Positions 10,301 through 20,219 of a stretch of DNA of 64,000 nucleotides are shown one piece after another. Under the pieces are notes generated by a model. That model was given only the letters and a program-made list of their open reading frames with translations, ran no database searches and was not told where the DNA came from. The position numbers and the translations under genes were made by a program. The DNA is from a virus (Duplodnaviria; Caudoviricetes): the IMG/VR virus record IMGVR_UViG_3300032116_000002. One strand, given 5' to 3'. Position 1 is the stretch's first letter. Each line of letters starts with the position of its first letter.

Positions 10301-10888
10301 ATGGCACTCGTACCAATCGTTATTGAACACACCAGCAAAGGTGAACGCAGTTATGACATTTATTCACGTTTGCTACGTGACCGTGTTATCTTATTGGAAG
10401 GTGAAGTTCATGACCACATGGCTAATCTTGTTGTAGCACAACTATTGTTTTTAGAAAGCGAAGACGAAACCAAAGATATTTCATTGTATATCAACAGCCC
10501 AGGTGGAAGCGTAACTGCTGGTATGGCTATCTATGATGCAATGCAATTTGTTAAGCCTGATGTATCTACAATCGTAATGGGTCAAGCATGTAGCATGGGA
10601 AGTTTGCTAGCACAAGCAGGTGCGCAAGGTAAGCGTATGATTTTACCAAACGCAAGACATATGATTCATCAGCCTTCAGGTGGCGCCAGAGGTCAGGCAA
10701 CTGATATGCTAATTCAAGTAAATGAAATACTTGAAATGAAACGAAATCTTACTAATATCTATGTCAAGCATAACAGTGTGGGTAAAGCATACGAACAGCT
10801 TGCAGAAGATATGGAACGAGACAACTATATGAGTGCGATTCAATCCGTAGCATATGGTTTAGCTGACAAAGTTATAGATAAACGATGA
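10301..10888 (+). CDS. clpP: ClpP protease proteolytic subunit
   Basis: [22 protein letters not shown] (Ser), MIHQP (His), ERDNY (Asp). Confidence 0.97.
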   Translation: MALVPIVIEHTSKGERSYDIYSRLLRDRVILLEGEVHDHMANLVVAQLLFLESEDETKDISLYINSPGGSVTAGMAIYDAMQFVKPDVSTIVMGQACSMGSLLAQAGAQGKRMILPNARHMIHQPSGGARGQATDMLIQVNEILEMKRNLTNIYVKHNSVGKAYEQLAEDMERDNYMSAIQSVAYGLADKVIDKR

Positions 10889-11484
10889 TAAACGATAAGT
10901 TATCCATTACTAGGAAACTAGAAGATTTTAATGCTGATGAAAGAATTCAGGTAAAACTTCTACAAAACCACATACACTTTCTAACCGGAGAAATCAACAA
11001 TGAAACGATTGGTGAGTGTATCAAATGGATAACTTACGAAAACTTAGATACCAAACAAGGTAGAATCTTAACATTGTACATTAATAGTACAGGCGGTGAT
11101 TTATACGAAGCCTTTGCTTTAATAGATATAATGAAAACCAGCACTCACCCAATTCGTGTGATTGGCATGGGTGCTGTAATGAGTGCTGCATTTTTAATCT
11201 TTGCTAGTGGTACTAAAGGTGAAAGATATGCAGCACCTAACACAAGTTTCATGTGTCATCAATTCACAGAAAACATGGAATCAAAGTATCATGACCTTAA
11301 GGCAACAATGAAAGAAAGTGATTTGTGTAATGCAAAAATGGTTAAGATACTACAAGATGCCACTGATCTAAGTGCAACAAAAATCAAAAACAAATTACTT
11401 ACTGCAAGTGATGTTTATCTAACTGCCAAAGAAGTAGTAGACCTAGGTGTTGCAGATTTGATAATAGGTTCGGTTGACAAATAA
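10885..11484 (+). CDS. second, divergent ClpP-family protease
   Basis: YINSTGG, GAVMSAA (Ser), MCHQF (His), DVYLTAKE. Confidence 0.85.
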   Translation: MINDKLSITRKLEDFNADERIQVKLLQNHIHFLTGEINNETIGECIKWITYENLDTKQGRILTLYINSTGGDLYEAFALIDIMKTSTHPIRVIGMGAVMSAAFLIFASGTKGERYAAPNTSFMCHQFTENMESKYHDLKATMKESDLCNAKMVKILQDATDLSATKIKNKLLTASDVYLTAKEVVDLGVADLIIGSVDK

Positions 11485-11502
11485 TCCAAAATTTGATAGA
11501 AT

Positions 11503-11739
11503 ATGGGCATGACTGAAAAAACTATATTCTATCTTAAGTGGCTTGCAACTTTTGTAACAATTGTTGGGGCTGTCTGCACAAGCATCAATCTATATCCACT
11601 GGGACCTGCTCTGCTTAATGTAGGTGCATTTCTCTGGTTGATTGTCGCAATTGCATGGCGTGAGTGGTCATTAATTGTCATTAATGCAACACTTCTTGCA
11701 ATTTATACAATAGGTTTACTTATCAAATTGTTAACATAA
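11503..11739 (+). CDS. small membrane protein
   Basis: Three hydrophobic helices; sigma70 promoter TTGACA 11474 / TAGAAT 11497. Confidence 0.7.
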   Translation: MGMTEKTIFYLKWLATFVTIVGAVCTSINLYPLGPALLNVGAFLWLIVAIAWREWSLIVINATLLAIYTIGLLIKLLT

Positions 11740-11745
11740 AAATGG

Positions 11746-11774
11746 TTGACAATGAATCCATTTGGGCATATAAT
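11746..11774 (+). promoter_or_regulatory. early sigma70-type promoter
   Basis: TTGACAATGAATC, 17-bp spacer, TATAAT. Confidence 0.75.
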
Positions 11775-11804
11775 ATCGGTATAGTCAATAACAAGGAGCA
11801 ACAA

Positions 11805-12029
11805 ATGAACGAAGCACTTATCTACGAAAAACCCTACTACGGTATGTTTACTGATGCAGGTAATCTTGTTGTTCATTCTATCGTAAAGGTTGCTAAACAG
11901 AACAATCTGTCGTTTCCTATAGTGAATAAGATGTTGGGCGAATTGTCAGAATTGGAAGGCTTTGAAGAGGCTACTGATACTGCGGTTCGTGAATATGTTT
12001 ACGAAGCAATTTTTGGTTACGGAGAATAA
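11805..12029 (+). CDS. hypothetical protein
   Basis: ATG 11805 after AAGGAG. Confidence 0.7.
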   Translation: MNEALIYEKPYYGMFTDAGNLVVHSIVKVAKQNNLSFPIVNKMLGELSELEGFEEATDTAVREYVYEAIFGYGE

Positions 12030-12030
12030 T

Positions 12031-12267
12031 ATGATTAAGCGTTTTAAGCAAACTCAAAAGTTTCGCATCATCAATGGTCAGGCATGTTTCTATGCTACTG
12101 CTAAACAAATCCGTGAGGGTGTAGGTCAGTTTACTACATTTAATGCTGCTACTCAAAAGGCACTTGATGCACTTGAGTTTTATCGTTCAGGCGATGGTAT
12201 TGAAAGTACTTGTACAGGTCACGCTGGTACTTGGGAAGGTCTGCAAATTCAATTGGATGTAATGTAA
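12031..12267 (+). CDS. hypothetical protein
   Basis: ATG 12031 after GGAG. Confidence 0.7.
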   Translation: MIKRFKQTQKFRIINGQACFYATAKQIREGVGQFTTFNAATQKALDALEFYRSGDGIESTCTGHAGTWEGLQIQLDVM

Positions 12268-12425
12268 TGGAAGCTTTTATTACAATATTAATAGTTTCAC
12301 TTTTTATAAGTTTTATATTTTGGCTAGGCTATATGTGGGGTAAGATGACTGGATACGAAGAAGGCTTCAAGGCATGTCAACTGATCCACAATGAGATACA
12401 AGAATTTATTCAGAGTAATATATGA
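12267..12425 (+). CDS. small membrane protein
   Basis: Coupled ORF with one TM helix. Confidence 0.5.
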   Translation: MEAFITILIVSLFISFIFWLGYMWGKMTGYEEGFKACQLIHNEIQEFIQSNI

Positions 12426-12811
12426 TACAAGTTCCAACTAAAGAAAGCAAAGTGAGGGTCTATGTTCGTTATGACATGGGCCCTCGCATGATTCCCCCTC
12501 AGCCTGATACACAGGTGTTTGAGGGTGTTGTCGTTCCTAATTTCAAATGGTTGAATGATCGTCAGTTTTGTATGACTGGCGATGAATTTATGAAAGTCCG
12601 TGTTATCACTATGGACATGGTTCGTGACATTGAACTGTTAACAGGTTCAATGAAAAATGTTGACACGGATGTAAAAGTATACGAAGTATCAGGCAGTAAA
12701 GGTAACAAATACATTGTTACAAAAAATAGTAAGGGCTGGGACTGCACTTGCCCTGGCTTTCAATTTCGTAAAGCATGTAAACATGTTTCAGAGTTAAGCG
12801 GTAATGAATAG
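12422..12811 (+). CDS. SWIM zinc-finger protein
   Basis: WDCTCPGF..CKH CxC-x-CxH motif. Confidence 0.8.
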   Translation: MIQVPTKESKVRVYVRYDMGPRMIPPQPDTQVFEGVVVPNFKWLNDRQFCMTGDEFMKVRVITMDMVRDIELLTGSMKNVDTDVKVYEVSGSKGNKYIVTKNSKGWDCTCPGFQFRKACKHVSELSGNE

Positions 12812-13043
12812 TAAACAAAGACGTAAGGACAAAAGGCTTTGGAAGTATCGGGTCAAAATGACCTACACAGACTATACTGATTATGATCAAATGTGGAATT
12901 GGTTAGCTGATAGATATGGTAAGAAAGTAAATAGATGTGGTTGGCGTGATAGGATGGGATGGTATCCAGCAATGGAATATGATGTAGTATGGGAATTTGT
13001 TGACCAAAAGAAAATGGTAGAGTTTACATTAAGATGGCTGTAA
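12804..13043 (+). CDS. hypothetical protein
   Basis: Coupled ORF. Confidence 0.6.
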   Translation: MNSKQRRKDKRLWKYRVKMTYTDYTDYDQMWNWLADRYGKKVNRCGWRDRMGWYPAMEYDVVWEFVDQKKMVEFTLRWL

Positions 13044-13282
13044 AGGTAAAAATAAATAACATACAACCAGCATTCAACAATGCACATAGATTACTTTGGG
13101 AGAAGTACAACCCAGAAGGTAGGATCCTGAATCACAGAGAGGTTGAACCATTATGCGTAGAATGGTGGTTGAAGGAACATAACGTACAACTTCATGGCTA
13201 TGTTGGGTTGACGACGGGCTGGGAATACGCGGAGTTCCAAACTGCTGAGGAGATAACACATTTTGTGTTAAAATATAATTAA
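13034..13282 (+). CDS. hypothetical protein
   Basis: Coupled ORF. Confidence 0.6.
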   Translation: MAVKVKINNIQPAFNNAHRLLWEKYNPEGRILNHREVEPLCVEWWLKEHNVQLHGYVGLTTGWEYAEFQTAEEITHFVLKYN

Positions 13283-13522
13283 GTGAAAAATTTATTAGAA
13301 AATTTACAAAAAATACTACCACTAGTATTGCAAGTATTCCAAGCTTTGGGTGTATTTGGGAAGATGTTACCATGGCTTATACTTATTGCTGCAATAGGTG
13401 GTGCAGGTTATTATGTTGTTCTAAATTATAAAGACCCATACAAATGTGTTGACAATGAAATATATGAACAACTAAGGTGGGATAGCAATGTTTACAAATT
13501 TAAAGGCGGTTACTGCGTATGA
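13283..13522 (+). CDS. small membrane protein
   Basis: TM helix, coupled ORF. Confidence 0.55.
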   Translation: MKNLLENLQKILPLVLQVFQALGVFGKMLPWLILIAAIGGAGYYVVLNYKDPYKCVDNEIYEQLRWDSNVYKFKGGYCV

Positions 13523-14358
13523 AAATAGCAATCACAAGTGATGTACACCTTGAGTTCGGTGATCTGGATCTGCATAATGAAGAAAATGCAGACGTACTGA
13601 TCCTCGGTGGTGACATCTTTATTGCTACAGAATTGACCGATTTTGTTCATGATGAGAATGCACAAATTGTTGCAGCTACTAGTTCCGTTCGTGCAAGAGC
13701 AAAACGTTATGTTGATTTTGTAACACGGTGTGCTGAAAGGTTTAAACACGTGGTTCTCATTATGGGCAATCACGAACACTACCATGGTGACTTTGTTAAA
13801 AGTGCTAACATCATTCGCGGCACTTTCGGCGATCTACACAATGTACATTTCTTAGATAAGGAATGGAGAATCATTAATGGCGTATTGTTCTACGGTGGAA
13901 CACTATGGACAGATATGAACGGTGAAGATATTGAAACACTGCACCGTGTTCGTTTCATGATGAATGATTTTAATTGTGTTAAGAATATCACCGAAGATGG
14001 AAAAACGGTGTTCATGCCAGAAGATGCTGTTGAGGATCATTTTGCATTTAGGCGTGGACTAGATGAAGTATTGGCTTTACATCCTAACATGCCTACTGTA
14101 GTAGTTGGGCATCATGCGCCTAGTAAAGCAAGCACACATCCGCGCTATAAAAATGAAATTGTTATGAATGGTGCTTATAGTTCTAATTTGGATAATTTTA
14201 TTTTAGACCGTAGGCAAATCAAACTTTGGACTCATGGACATACGCATGAGGACTTTGATTATATGATTGGTACTACAAGAGTAGTTTGTAATCCTCGCGG
14301 CTATGATGGGTATGAAGCTAAAGCCGATGAGTTTAAATTAAAATACGTTGACATTTAA
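13519..14358 (+). CDS. calcineurin-like metallophosphoesterase
   Basis: SDVHLE, GGD, GNHE, GHHAP, HGHTH motifs. Confidence 0.9.
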   Translation: MKIAITSDVHLEFGDLDLHNEENADVLILGGDIFIATELTDFVHDENAQIVAATSSVRARAKRYVDFVTRCAERFKHVVLIMGNHEHYHGDFVKSANIIRGTFGDLHNVHFLDKEWRIINGVLFYGGTLWTDMNGEDIETLHRVRFMMNDFNCVKNITEDGKTVFMPEDAVEDHFAFRRGLDEVLALHPNMPTVVVGHHAPSKASTHPRYKNEIVMNGAYSSNLDNFILDRRQIKLWTHGHTHEDFDYMIGTTRVVCNPRGYDGYEAKADEFKLKYVDI

Positions 14359-14367
14359 GGAGGAAAC

Positions 14368-15042
14368 ATGTTTTACAGTGATACAATGTATAGAACAGCA
14401 GAACAAATAAATTCGGCTATGGGTCGTGTTTATAACCAAATGGTATTGGCAATTATCAATTCTATGGTAGTGTCCTTTTTAGCCGCAAGTTCACCACCTT
14501 TGATGCAAATGTTGTTTGCCACACCGCTTAAGTGGTTAGTTATCTTTGCACCATTAGCAGCAGTGTTGGCTATCACGTTCCTAATAGACAAGATGAATAA
14601 AACGCAAGCTACGTTTGCACTACATGGCTTTGCTGCATTGATGGGCCTAAGTTTCTCTACTATCTTTGTAGTCTATACTATGGGATCAATAGCTAGTGCG
14701 TTTTTTGGTGCATTCATATTGTTTGCCTGTATGAGTGTGTATGGTTACTTCACTAAACGAAGCCTAGACAGTTTTGGTCAGTTCTTGTTTATAGGACTAA
14801 TCGCTATTATTATCGCTAGCATTGTTAATATCTTTATTGGCAGTTCAGTAGCACAAATGGTTATTAGTGCTATTGCTGTTTTAATCTTTACTGGATTAAC
14901 TGCATATGATACGCAAAAGATTCGTGAAATGATTAGTGTTGAGAATGATGGTAAGGCTGAAGTGTTGGGTGCATTAACATTGTACCTAGACTTTATTAAC
15001 ATTTTCCTAAACTTACTGCATCTATTTGGCAATAAGGAGTAA
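14368..15042 (+). CDS. Bax inhibitor-1/YccA family membrane protein
   Basis: 7 TM helices; AYDTQKI and ALTLYLDFINIFLNLL signatures. Confidence 0.92.
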   Translation: MFYSDTMYRTAEQINSAMGRVYNQMVLAIINSMVVSFLAASSPPLMQMLFATPLKWLVIFAPLAAVLAITFLIDKMNKTQATFALHGFAALMGLSFSTIFVVYTMGSIASAFFGAFILFACMSVYGYFTKRSLDSFGQFLFIGLIAIIIASIVNIFIGSSVAQMVISAIAVLIFTGLTAYDTQKIREMISVENDGKAEVLGALTLYLDFINIFLNLLHLFGNKE

Positions 15043-15043
15043 T

Positions 15044-15610
15044 ATGAAACTCTATCGCATCACTCCTCTTGAAAAAAAGAATGTAGAATATCTTATTGAT
15101 GCATACGAACAATTAGAAGATGGTTCTACTAGAGGTTTTACAGTAAGAGAAATTTGGCGTTGGGGATTAGGATACAGGGAAGAAGATGACCTTGTAACAG
15201 AATACGATTACCATAGTCAAACAATATACTGCGACCCTGACGTGGGTTATGGTGCAGAGTTGGACGACTTAATTACTGTTTACTTTGACTGGAGTGATGA
15301 GTTTACCGAAGAAGAAAGACAAGACATTGAATCACGCTGGCATGATGCAGTAGAAGATGAAGAAGGTCGTTGGGGCACAGCTTGGTTGTATGACGGTGAT
15401 CATAATTTTTCTGTAGACCATAGTAGTGTTACAATTACAGGTCCTGTTAAAATTGATTTACTTGATGAAAACGGTGAACTAATAGAAGAAAATGTTGCGC
15501 CTAAAAAAGAAACTGTTGACCTGTCTTGGAAGACAGTTCCTGATGATGAAATGAAAGTTTGGCCTTTCCCAATTGAGTCTGGTTTTGGTGAAAAAGATAA
15601 AACTAGTTAA
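15044..15610 (+). CDS. acidic hypothetical protein
   Basis: ATG 15044 after AAGGAG; C-terminal WPFP. Confidence 0.75.
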   Translation: MKLYRITPLEKKNVEYLIDAYEQLEDGSTRGFTVREIWRWGLGYREEDDLVTEYDYHSQTIYCDPDVGYGAELDDLITVYFDWSDEFTEEERQDIESRWHDAVEDEEGRWGTAWLYDGDHNFSVDHSSVTITGPVKIDLLDENGELIEENVAPKKETVDLSWKTVPDDEMKVWPFPIESGFGEKDKTS

Positions 15611-15693
15611 CCAATATTGTTGTAATACAAACATACAATTGCTATAATGTGTATACGTTGTTAATCAACGAACTATTTTTAAAAGGAAAACAT

Positions 15694-15954
15694 ATGTTGA
15701 ATAAAGTAACAAAACAAGCAAAACTACTAGAAGCTTTCCGTAATGGTGAGCAGTTAACAGCAGCACAAATCAAACAGCGTTTTGGTATCGCAAACCCAAC
15801 CGCAACTGTTAGCGACCTTCGTTATGAAGGCTTTGCTATCTACGCAAACAAGCGTACCGACAGCAAAGGTCGTGTTTCAACTAAGTATCGTCTAGGTACT
15901 CCTAGCCGCGAAATCGTTGCAGCAGGCTATCGTGCATTGGCGCTTGGTCTATAA
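15694..15954 (+). CDS. small winged-helix DNA-binding protein
   Basis: LTAAQIKQRFGIANPTATVSDLR HTH-like; ATG 15694 after AAGGA. Confidence 0.7.
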   Translation: MLNKVTKQAKLLEAFRNGEQLTAAQIKQRFGIANPTATVSDLRYEGFAIYANKRTDSKGRVSTKYRLGTPSREIVAAGYRALALGL

Positions 15955-15985
15955 AGAGTTCAGCTAGTCACTGGCACAGTTTTAC

Positions 15986-16021
15986 GGCAGCTTTCTGCAA
16001 AAAAGCTGCCTTTTATTTTTT
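15986..16021 (+). terminator. intrinsic terminator
   Basis: GGCAGCTTT/AAAGCTGCC stem plus T-tract. Confidence 0.8.
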
Positions 16022-16026
16022 ATGAT

Positions 16027-16533
16027 ATGAATTTATTTCACAAATTAATGGAAAAGTTAGGTAGGTATAGACTAATACCTGACCGTAGAACTGGTGCAGA
16101 TTATATGCACAGATATTATCTGTTCATAAAAAATCGTAGTTGGTTTCCGGTTAATGTTACATTACATAAAATTGTAAGAAGCGATGATCCCATATTTCAT
16201 GATCATCCATGGCCTTTTGTGACAATTATTCTTAAAGGTGGTTACTGGGAACATATTCCGTTGTTTGATAACCATGGTAAGAAGTTCGCAGAAATAGCCA
16301 AGTGGCGTGGTCCTGGTTCTATTATCTATAGAAAAGCAAAAGAATTTCATTGGATAGAACTAGATGCAGGTAAACCAGCAACAACATTATTTTTTATGGG
16401 ACCACAGCAACGTGAATGGGGTTTCTTAGTAGATGTAAGACAAAAAAGAACTAGATGGGTTAGATACGATCACTATCTAAACAACTGGAAAAAATATCAC
16501 GAAAAATATATTGCTCCGAAAATGAAATTATGA
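16027..16533 (+). CDS. cupin-fold protein
   Basis: HDHPW..GGYWEH and FHWIEL cupin motifs. Confidence 0.7.
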   Translation: MNLFHKLMEKLGRYRLIPDRRTGADYMHRYYLFIKNRSWFPVNVTLHKIVRSDDPIFHDHPWPFVTIILKGGYWEHIPLFDNHGKKFAEIAKWRGPGSIIYRKAKEFHWIELDAGKPATTLFFMGPQQREWGFLVDVRQKRTRWVRYDHYLNNWKKYHEKYIAPKMKL

Positions 16534-16805
16534 ACGAAGATACTAAAGAAATACTACAAATACTACAAGAAGAATGTGCCGAAGTTATTGTGTCTATAAG
16601 CAAATGTATGCGCTTTGGACCAGATCAAATGAAGCCTGGTACTAATGGAACAAACTTTGATCACCTAGAACAAGAGATAGCAGACGTAATGGTTATGGTA
16701 GACTTATTGATTAATAGAAATGTAGGCGTTAGTGCAGAAGCTATTGAAGCCAAAACACTAAATAAAATTGAGAAGCTTAAAAAGTGGAGTAACCTTTACA
16801 AATAA
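16530..16805 (+). CDS. MazG-like NTP pyrophosphohydrolase
   Basis: ILQEECAE..LEQEIADV all-alpha motif. Confidence 0.8.
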   Translation: MNEDTKEILQILQEECAEVIVSISKCMRFGPDQMKPGTNGTNFDHLEQEIADVMVMVDLLINRNVGVSAEAIEAKTLNKIEKLKKWSNLYK

Positions 16806-16816
16806 AAGGAAATCAA

Positions 16817-17188
16817 ATGTTCGAAATTCTTGCAATTTTCATTCTAGTCTACATAGGATTCATACTGGGGCAGGCCTATCAAATCTTTAAAGTTCGTAGC
16901 ATGATAAGACGAATCGCCAGAGATAATGATATCAATTTAGAAGAAGTATTATATGAGGAGGAACCTGAAAATAGCAAGCAAGAAATTATGGTTCTAGAGG
17001 CCGAAAAAATAAACGGTACTCTACTAATTTACAATAAGTTGACTAATGAATTTATCTGCCAAGCAGAAACTATTGAAGAAGCAGCCAGAACTTTCAATGA
17101 CCGCAAAAAAGACGTTTATGGATTGATTAAGTATGATGAAACAGAGATGATGTTCGTTGGTGGCAAAATAGAAAAATCAAAGAAATGA
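16817..17188 (+). CDS. hypothetical protein with N-terminal TM
   Basis: AAGGA RBS. Confidence 0.65.
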   Translation: MFEILAIFILVYIGFILGQAYQIFKVRSMIRRIARDNDINLEEVLYEEEPENSKQEIMVLEAEKINGTLLIYNKLTNEFICQAETIEEAARTFNDRKKDVYGLIKYDETEMMFVGGKIEKSKK

Positions 17189-17721
17189 AAGTTAAGATAG
17201 GTAAATATCCTAAAGGAGCAGGACATCAAAAAATTGATGTGCAGATAGACCGCCATGATACCTATAGCACTGACCACACTTTAGCATATATCATTTATCC
17301 AATGCTGCTACAATTAAAAGAAACTAAGCATGGTGTTCCGGCTGAGTTTGCTGACGTTGGCGGTGAAGATTATAGTTCACAAAGATGTTTTGATTTCTAT
17401 AATGATACTCAACGTGAAGCCTTTGATGAGGGTTGTAAGCGTTGGGATGAAATACTAGACAAGATGATTTGGAGCTTTGAGCAATTAGTCAAAGATGACT
17501 ATGATTCACAATATCATCACGGTACACCTAAGTGGGATTGGATTAAAACAGATAAGAAATTTTTTAATCCAATGACAAACAAATTAGAAGAAACTTACCA
17601 AATGGTAGACAAGAACCCAGATGAGCATTGGTACGATCACGAAGGGCACATGTTACATGAAGATAGAATACAAGAAGGTCTAGAACTTTTCGGAAAATAT
17701 TTTAGAAACCTCTGGGATTGA
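17185..17721 (+). CDS. hypothetical protein
   Basis: 178 aa coupled ORF. Confidence 0.7.
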   Translation: MKVKIGKYPKGAGHQKIDVQIDRHDTYSTDHTLAYIIYPMLLQLKETKHGVPAEFADVGGEDYSSQRCFDFYNDTQREAFDEGCKRWDEILDKMIWSFEQLVKDDYDSQYHHGTPKWDWIKTDKKFFNPMTNKLEETYQMVDKNPDEHWYDHEGHMLHEDRIQEGLELFGKYFRNLWD

Positions 17722-18164
17722 TAGATAAGTTTATGAAGCAAAAGTTCATAGATTTATATATGGATTGGGCTAAACGTGTTGCCCAATTAAGTCACGCAAA
17801 AAGATTACAAGTAGGTGCAGTAATTGTTAAAGATGATTCTGTAATAAGTTATGGTTACAACGGCATGCCAGCTGGTTGGGACAATAACTGTGAAGATGAA
17901 TTCTTACACGAAGATGGCAGCACAACAACCAAAACAAGACCGGAGGTAATTCATGCTGAAAGCAATGCTATTGCAAAACTGGCCAAATCTACTAACAGCG
18001 GCGTTGGTAGTTACATGTTTATCACTCATAGTCCTTGCATTGAATGTGCCAAACTTATATTTCAAAGTGGCATTAGTACTGTTTATTATAATGGAAACTA
18101 TCGCAGCGATGACGGTATTAAATTTTTGGAAAAATCAGGAGTAAATGTTGTCAAATCCAATTAG
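17718..18164 (+). CDS. dCMP deaminase
   Basis: GYNG, HAESNAI, SPCIEC zinc deaminase motifs. Confidence 0.93.
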   Translation: MIDKFMKQKFIDLYMDWAKRVAQLSHAKRLQVGAVIVKDDSVISYGYNGMPAGWDNNCEDEFLHEDGSTTTKTRPEVIHAESNAIAKLAKSTNSGVGSYMFITHSPCIECAKLIFQSGISTVYYNGNYRSDDGIKFLEKSGVNVVKSN

Positions 18165-18360
18165 AGAATGGTATCATACCAAAGTAGATATACCATATGG
18201 TAATTTAGGATCATTAATAGACTGGTGTAAACGTAATTGTAACAGCGACTGGCATTTTACAGAAAGTACAGATATTGTCGAACAGTTTAATCAAGGTGCT
18301 TGGCAGTTTTATTTTAAAGAAGAAAAAGATTATATCAACTTTGTAGTTTGGCAAAAATGA
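18145..18360 (+). CDS. hypothetical protein
   Basis: Coupled ORF. Confidence 0.55.
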   Translation: MLSNPIREWYHTKVDIPYGNLGSLIDWCKRNCNSDWHFTESTDIVEQFNQGAWQFYFKEEKDYINFVVWQK

Positions 18361-18608
18361 AATATTACACCTTTCGTAGGGAATCAAATAATTTTTCGGA
18401 TATTCTAAAAGACTCTAACATTAAAAAACATATATGTGTTAAAATTCTATGGTTAGAACATCTATTCATAGGTATAGATGACAGTGACGAAAGAATTCTA
18501 AGTTATCTTGAATTAAAATACGGTGATTATATCAAACAAAAGGATTACAAAGATAGAACGCCTATCCCACATAAAGACTACATTCCAAAAAAAGATATTA
18601 AGAATTAA
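18357..18608 (+). CDS. hypothetical protein
   Basis: ATGA overlap with upstream stop. Confidence 0.55.
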   Translation: MKYYTFRRESNNFSDILKDSNIKKHICVKILWLEHLFIGIDDSDERILSYLELKYGDYIKQKDYKDRTPIPHKDYIPKKDIKN

Positions 18609-18729
18609 TCTTGTTTACAGATATTAGATTGAGTATGTTGCTCAACAATCAATGCAGGTAAAAAGTACCAAAACAGCATCCACTTAACTTGCAAATCAAT
18701 ATACTCATCTACCATTAATTTATAGTAAC

Positions 18730-19047
18730 TCAAATCTGTTCGCCTCTAATTGCTTTTACTGTATCTACAGTTAAGTTTTGACCAGTAGAAATTACACATG
18801 AAATTTCATTATTGGTTTGTAGCATAGTAAAAGTGCCAGTCTTTTGATTAAACCAAATTGAAGTAACACTATTAACACTATCGTGTGTTATACCAGTAGC
18901 AATCATTACTTCACCAAATTCATTTTCTAAAGTATCTATTACGTAATCAGTATCGCCGCAATGTACTGAATATCCACGTTTGTGCATTCCTTGACTGTAG
19001 CTTAAAGCTGGTAACATCAGACCTAAAATAATTAAAATATTCTTCAT
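18730..19047 (-). CDS. exported hypothetical protein
   Basis: Signal peptide, two Cys; AAGGAAG RBS. Confidence 0.65.
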   Translation of the reverse strand: MKNILIILGLMLPALSYSQGMHKRGYSVHCGDTDYVIDTLENEFGEVMIATGITHDSVNSVTSIWFNQKTGTFTMLQTNNEISCVISTGQNLTVDTVKAIRGEQI

Positions 19048-19292
19048 TACTACTTCCTTAAAAAGGGGACAAGATATAGTCTACAAAAGTATATTTCAAC
19101 TTCCATATTGTGAATATCACAGATCCCAGTACAGCTATTAAAATTATAATGGTTCTGACAAGAACTAATATTTCAATTAATTCTTTGAGCCTAGCTACCT
19201 TTTGTTTAATACTTTTAATTCGTTTTAAAGGCACTTAAGTTTCCAAATAGCAATAGCTATATAATTATATAGCAAGTTTTGGAAAGCAATAA

Positions 19293-19745
19293 CTATGTAC
19301 TTAAACCTCGGTGGCAAGCAAACTCATAAACCTTATACCTAAGATCGTTTAGTGTATTAAGTTCTACAACAAACTCACCTGGACTATAATTTTCTGTGTG
19401 AACTATTTGGTCATTTTCATCTACATAAAAATCGTTTAGTACATGAAATAACTTACGTTTACAATTTAGAACTCCAAAGCTATAAAGTTTTGAAATAGGA
19501 GTATCTGCAATGGCTTGATCTTGTGGATTTTTGAATTGCGCTAAAGAGTGAATTCTTATTAATCCATCTTCAGTCTCGGATATGTTTATAGCTACATAAA
19601 AATCATAGGATTCTTCTTCAATTATGTAGTACCAATCTTCTGAATTGTGTACTAGCTCTTGATCTTTAAATTGAAACCTATAGGCATCCTGTGTAATCGC
19701 AAGAATTGGGACTAATAACAGTAAGCCCAATATTAGGTTCTTCAT
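19293..19745 (-). CDS. exported hypothetical protein
   Basis: Signal peptide. Confidence 0.65.
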   Translation of the reverse strand: MKNLILGLLLLVPILAITQDAYRFQFKDQELVHNSEDWYYIIEEESYDFYVAINISETEDGLIRIHSLAQFKNPQDQAIADTPISKLYSFGVLNCKRKLFHVLNDFYVDENDQIVHTENYSPGEFVVELNTLNDLRYKVYEFACHRGLST

Positions 19746-19861
19746 AATTTGATCCTATAAACAAGTATTTATGCTATTTTGGAATAATATATGTGTTCGC
19801 TAAGACTTAAGACTTATTAATCCTAAATACGACTAAATATATGTATACTTAGGGAGGACAT

Positions 19862-20005
19862 ATGTCTAAAGCAAAGACCGGAACAGGAGTTCAAACTCAT
19901 ACTAGCTTAGCTAAAGCAACTAAGCAAGGTGGTAAAATTAAGACTAGCACTATGAATAAGGACGAGCGTAGGTCACATAAAAAGTACCGTGGCCAAGGTC
20001 GTTGA
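19862..20005 (+). CDS. 47-aa basic protein (not in ORF track)
   Basis: GGAGG RBS; MSKAKTG...RRSHKKYRGQGR; ACTAAATA upstream. Confidence 0.7.
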   Translation: MSKAKTGTGVQTHTSLAKATKQGGKIKTSTMNKDERRSHKKYRGQGR

Positions 20006-20219
20006 CACCAAGGTGAACATTGTAGTATTTGAGGATCATGTATGGGACTTACATGATTCAGGAATCAGTTTTGATAAAAATCTAGAAATAGACAAGTTAG
20101 GTTGGAAACCAGGGGACTATTTTAAACTAGTGAAAGATAATGAAGGACTTAAGTTAGTTAAAATATGCGAACTAGAACAATTTATAATAAAGGGAAAAGA
20201 CCATGAAGCAAATGATTGA
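19989..20219 (+). CDS. hypothetical protein
   Basis: GTG start overlapping upstream gene. Confidence 0.5.
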   Translation: MAKVVDTKVNIVVFEDHVWDLHDSGISFDKNLEIDKLGWKPGDYFKLVKDNEGLKLVKICELEQFIIKGKDHEAND

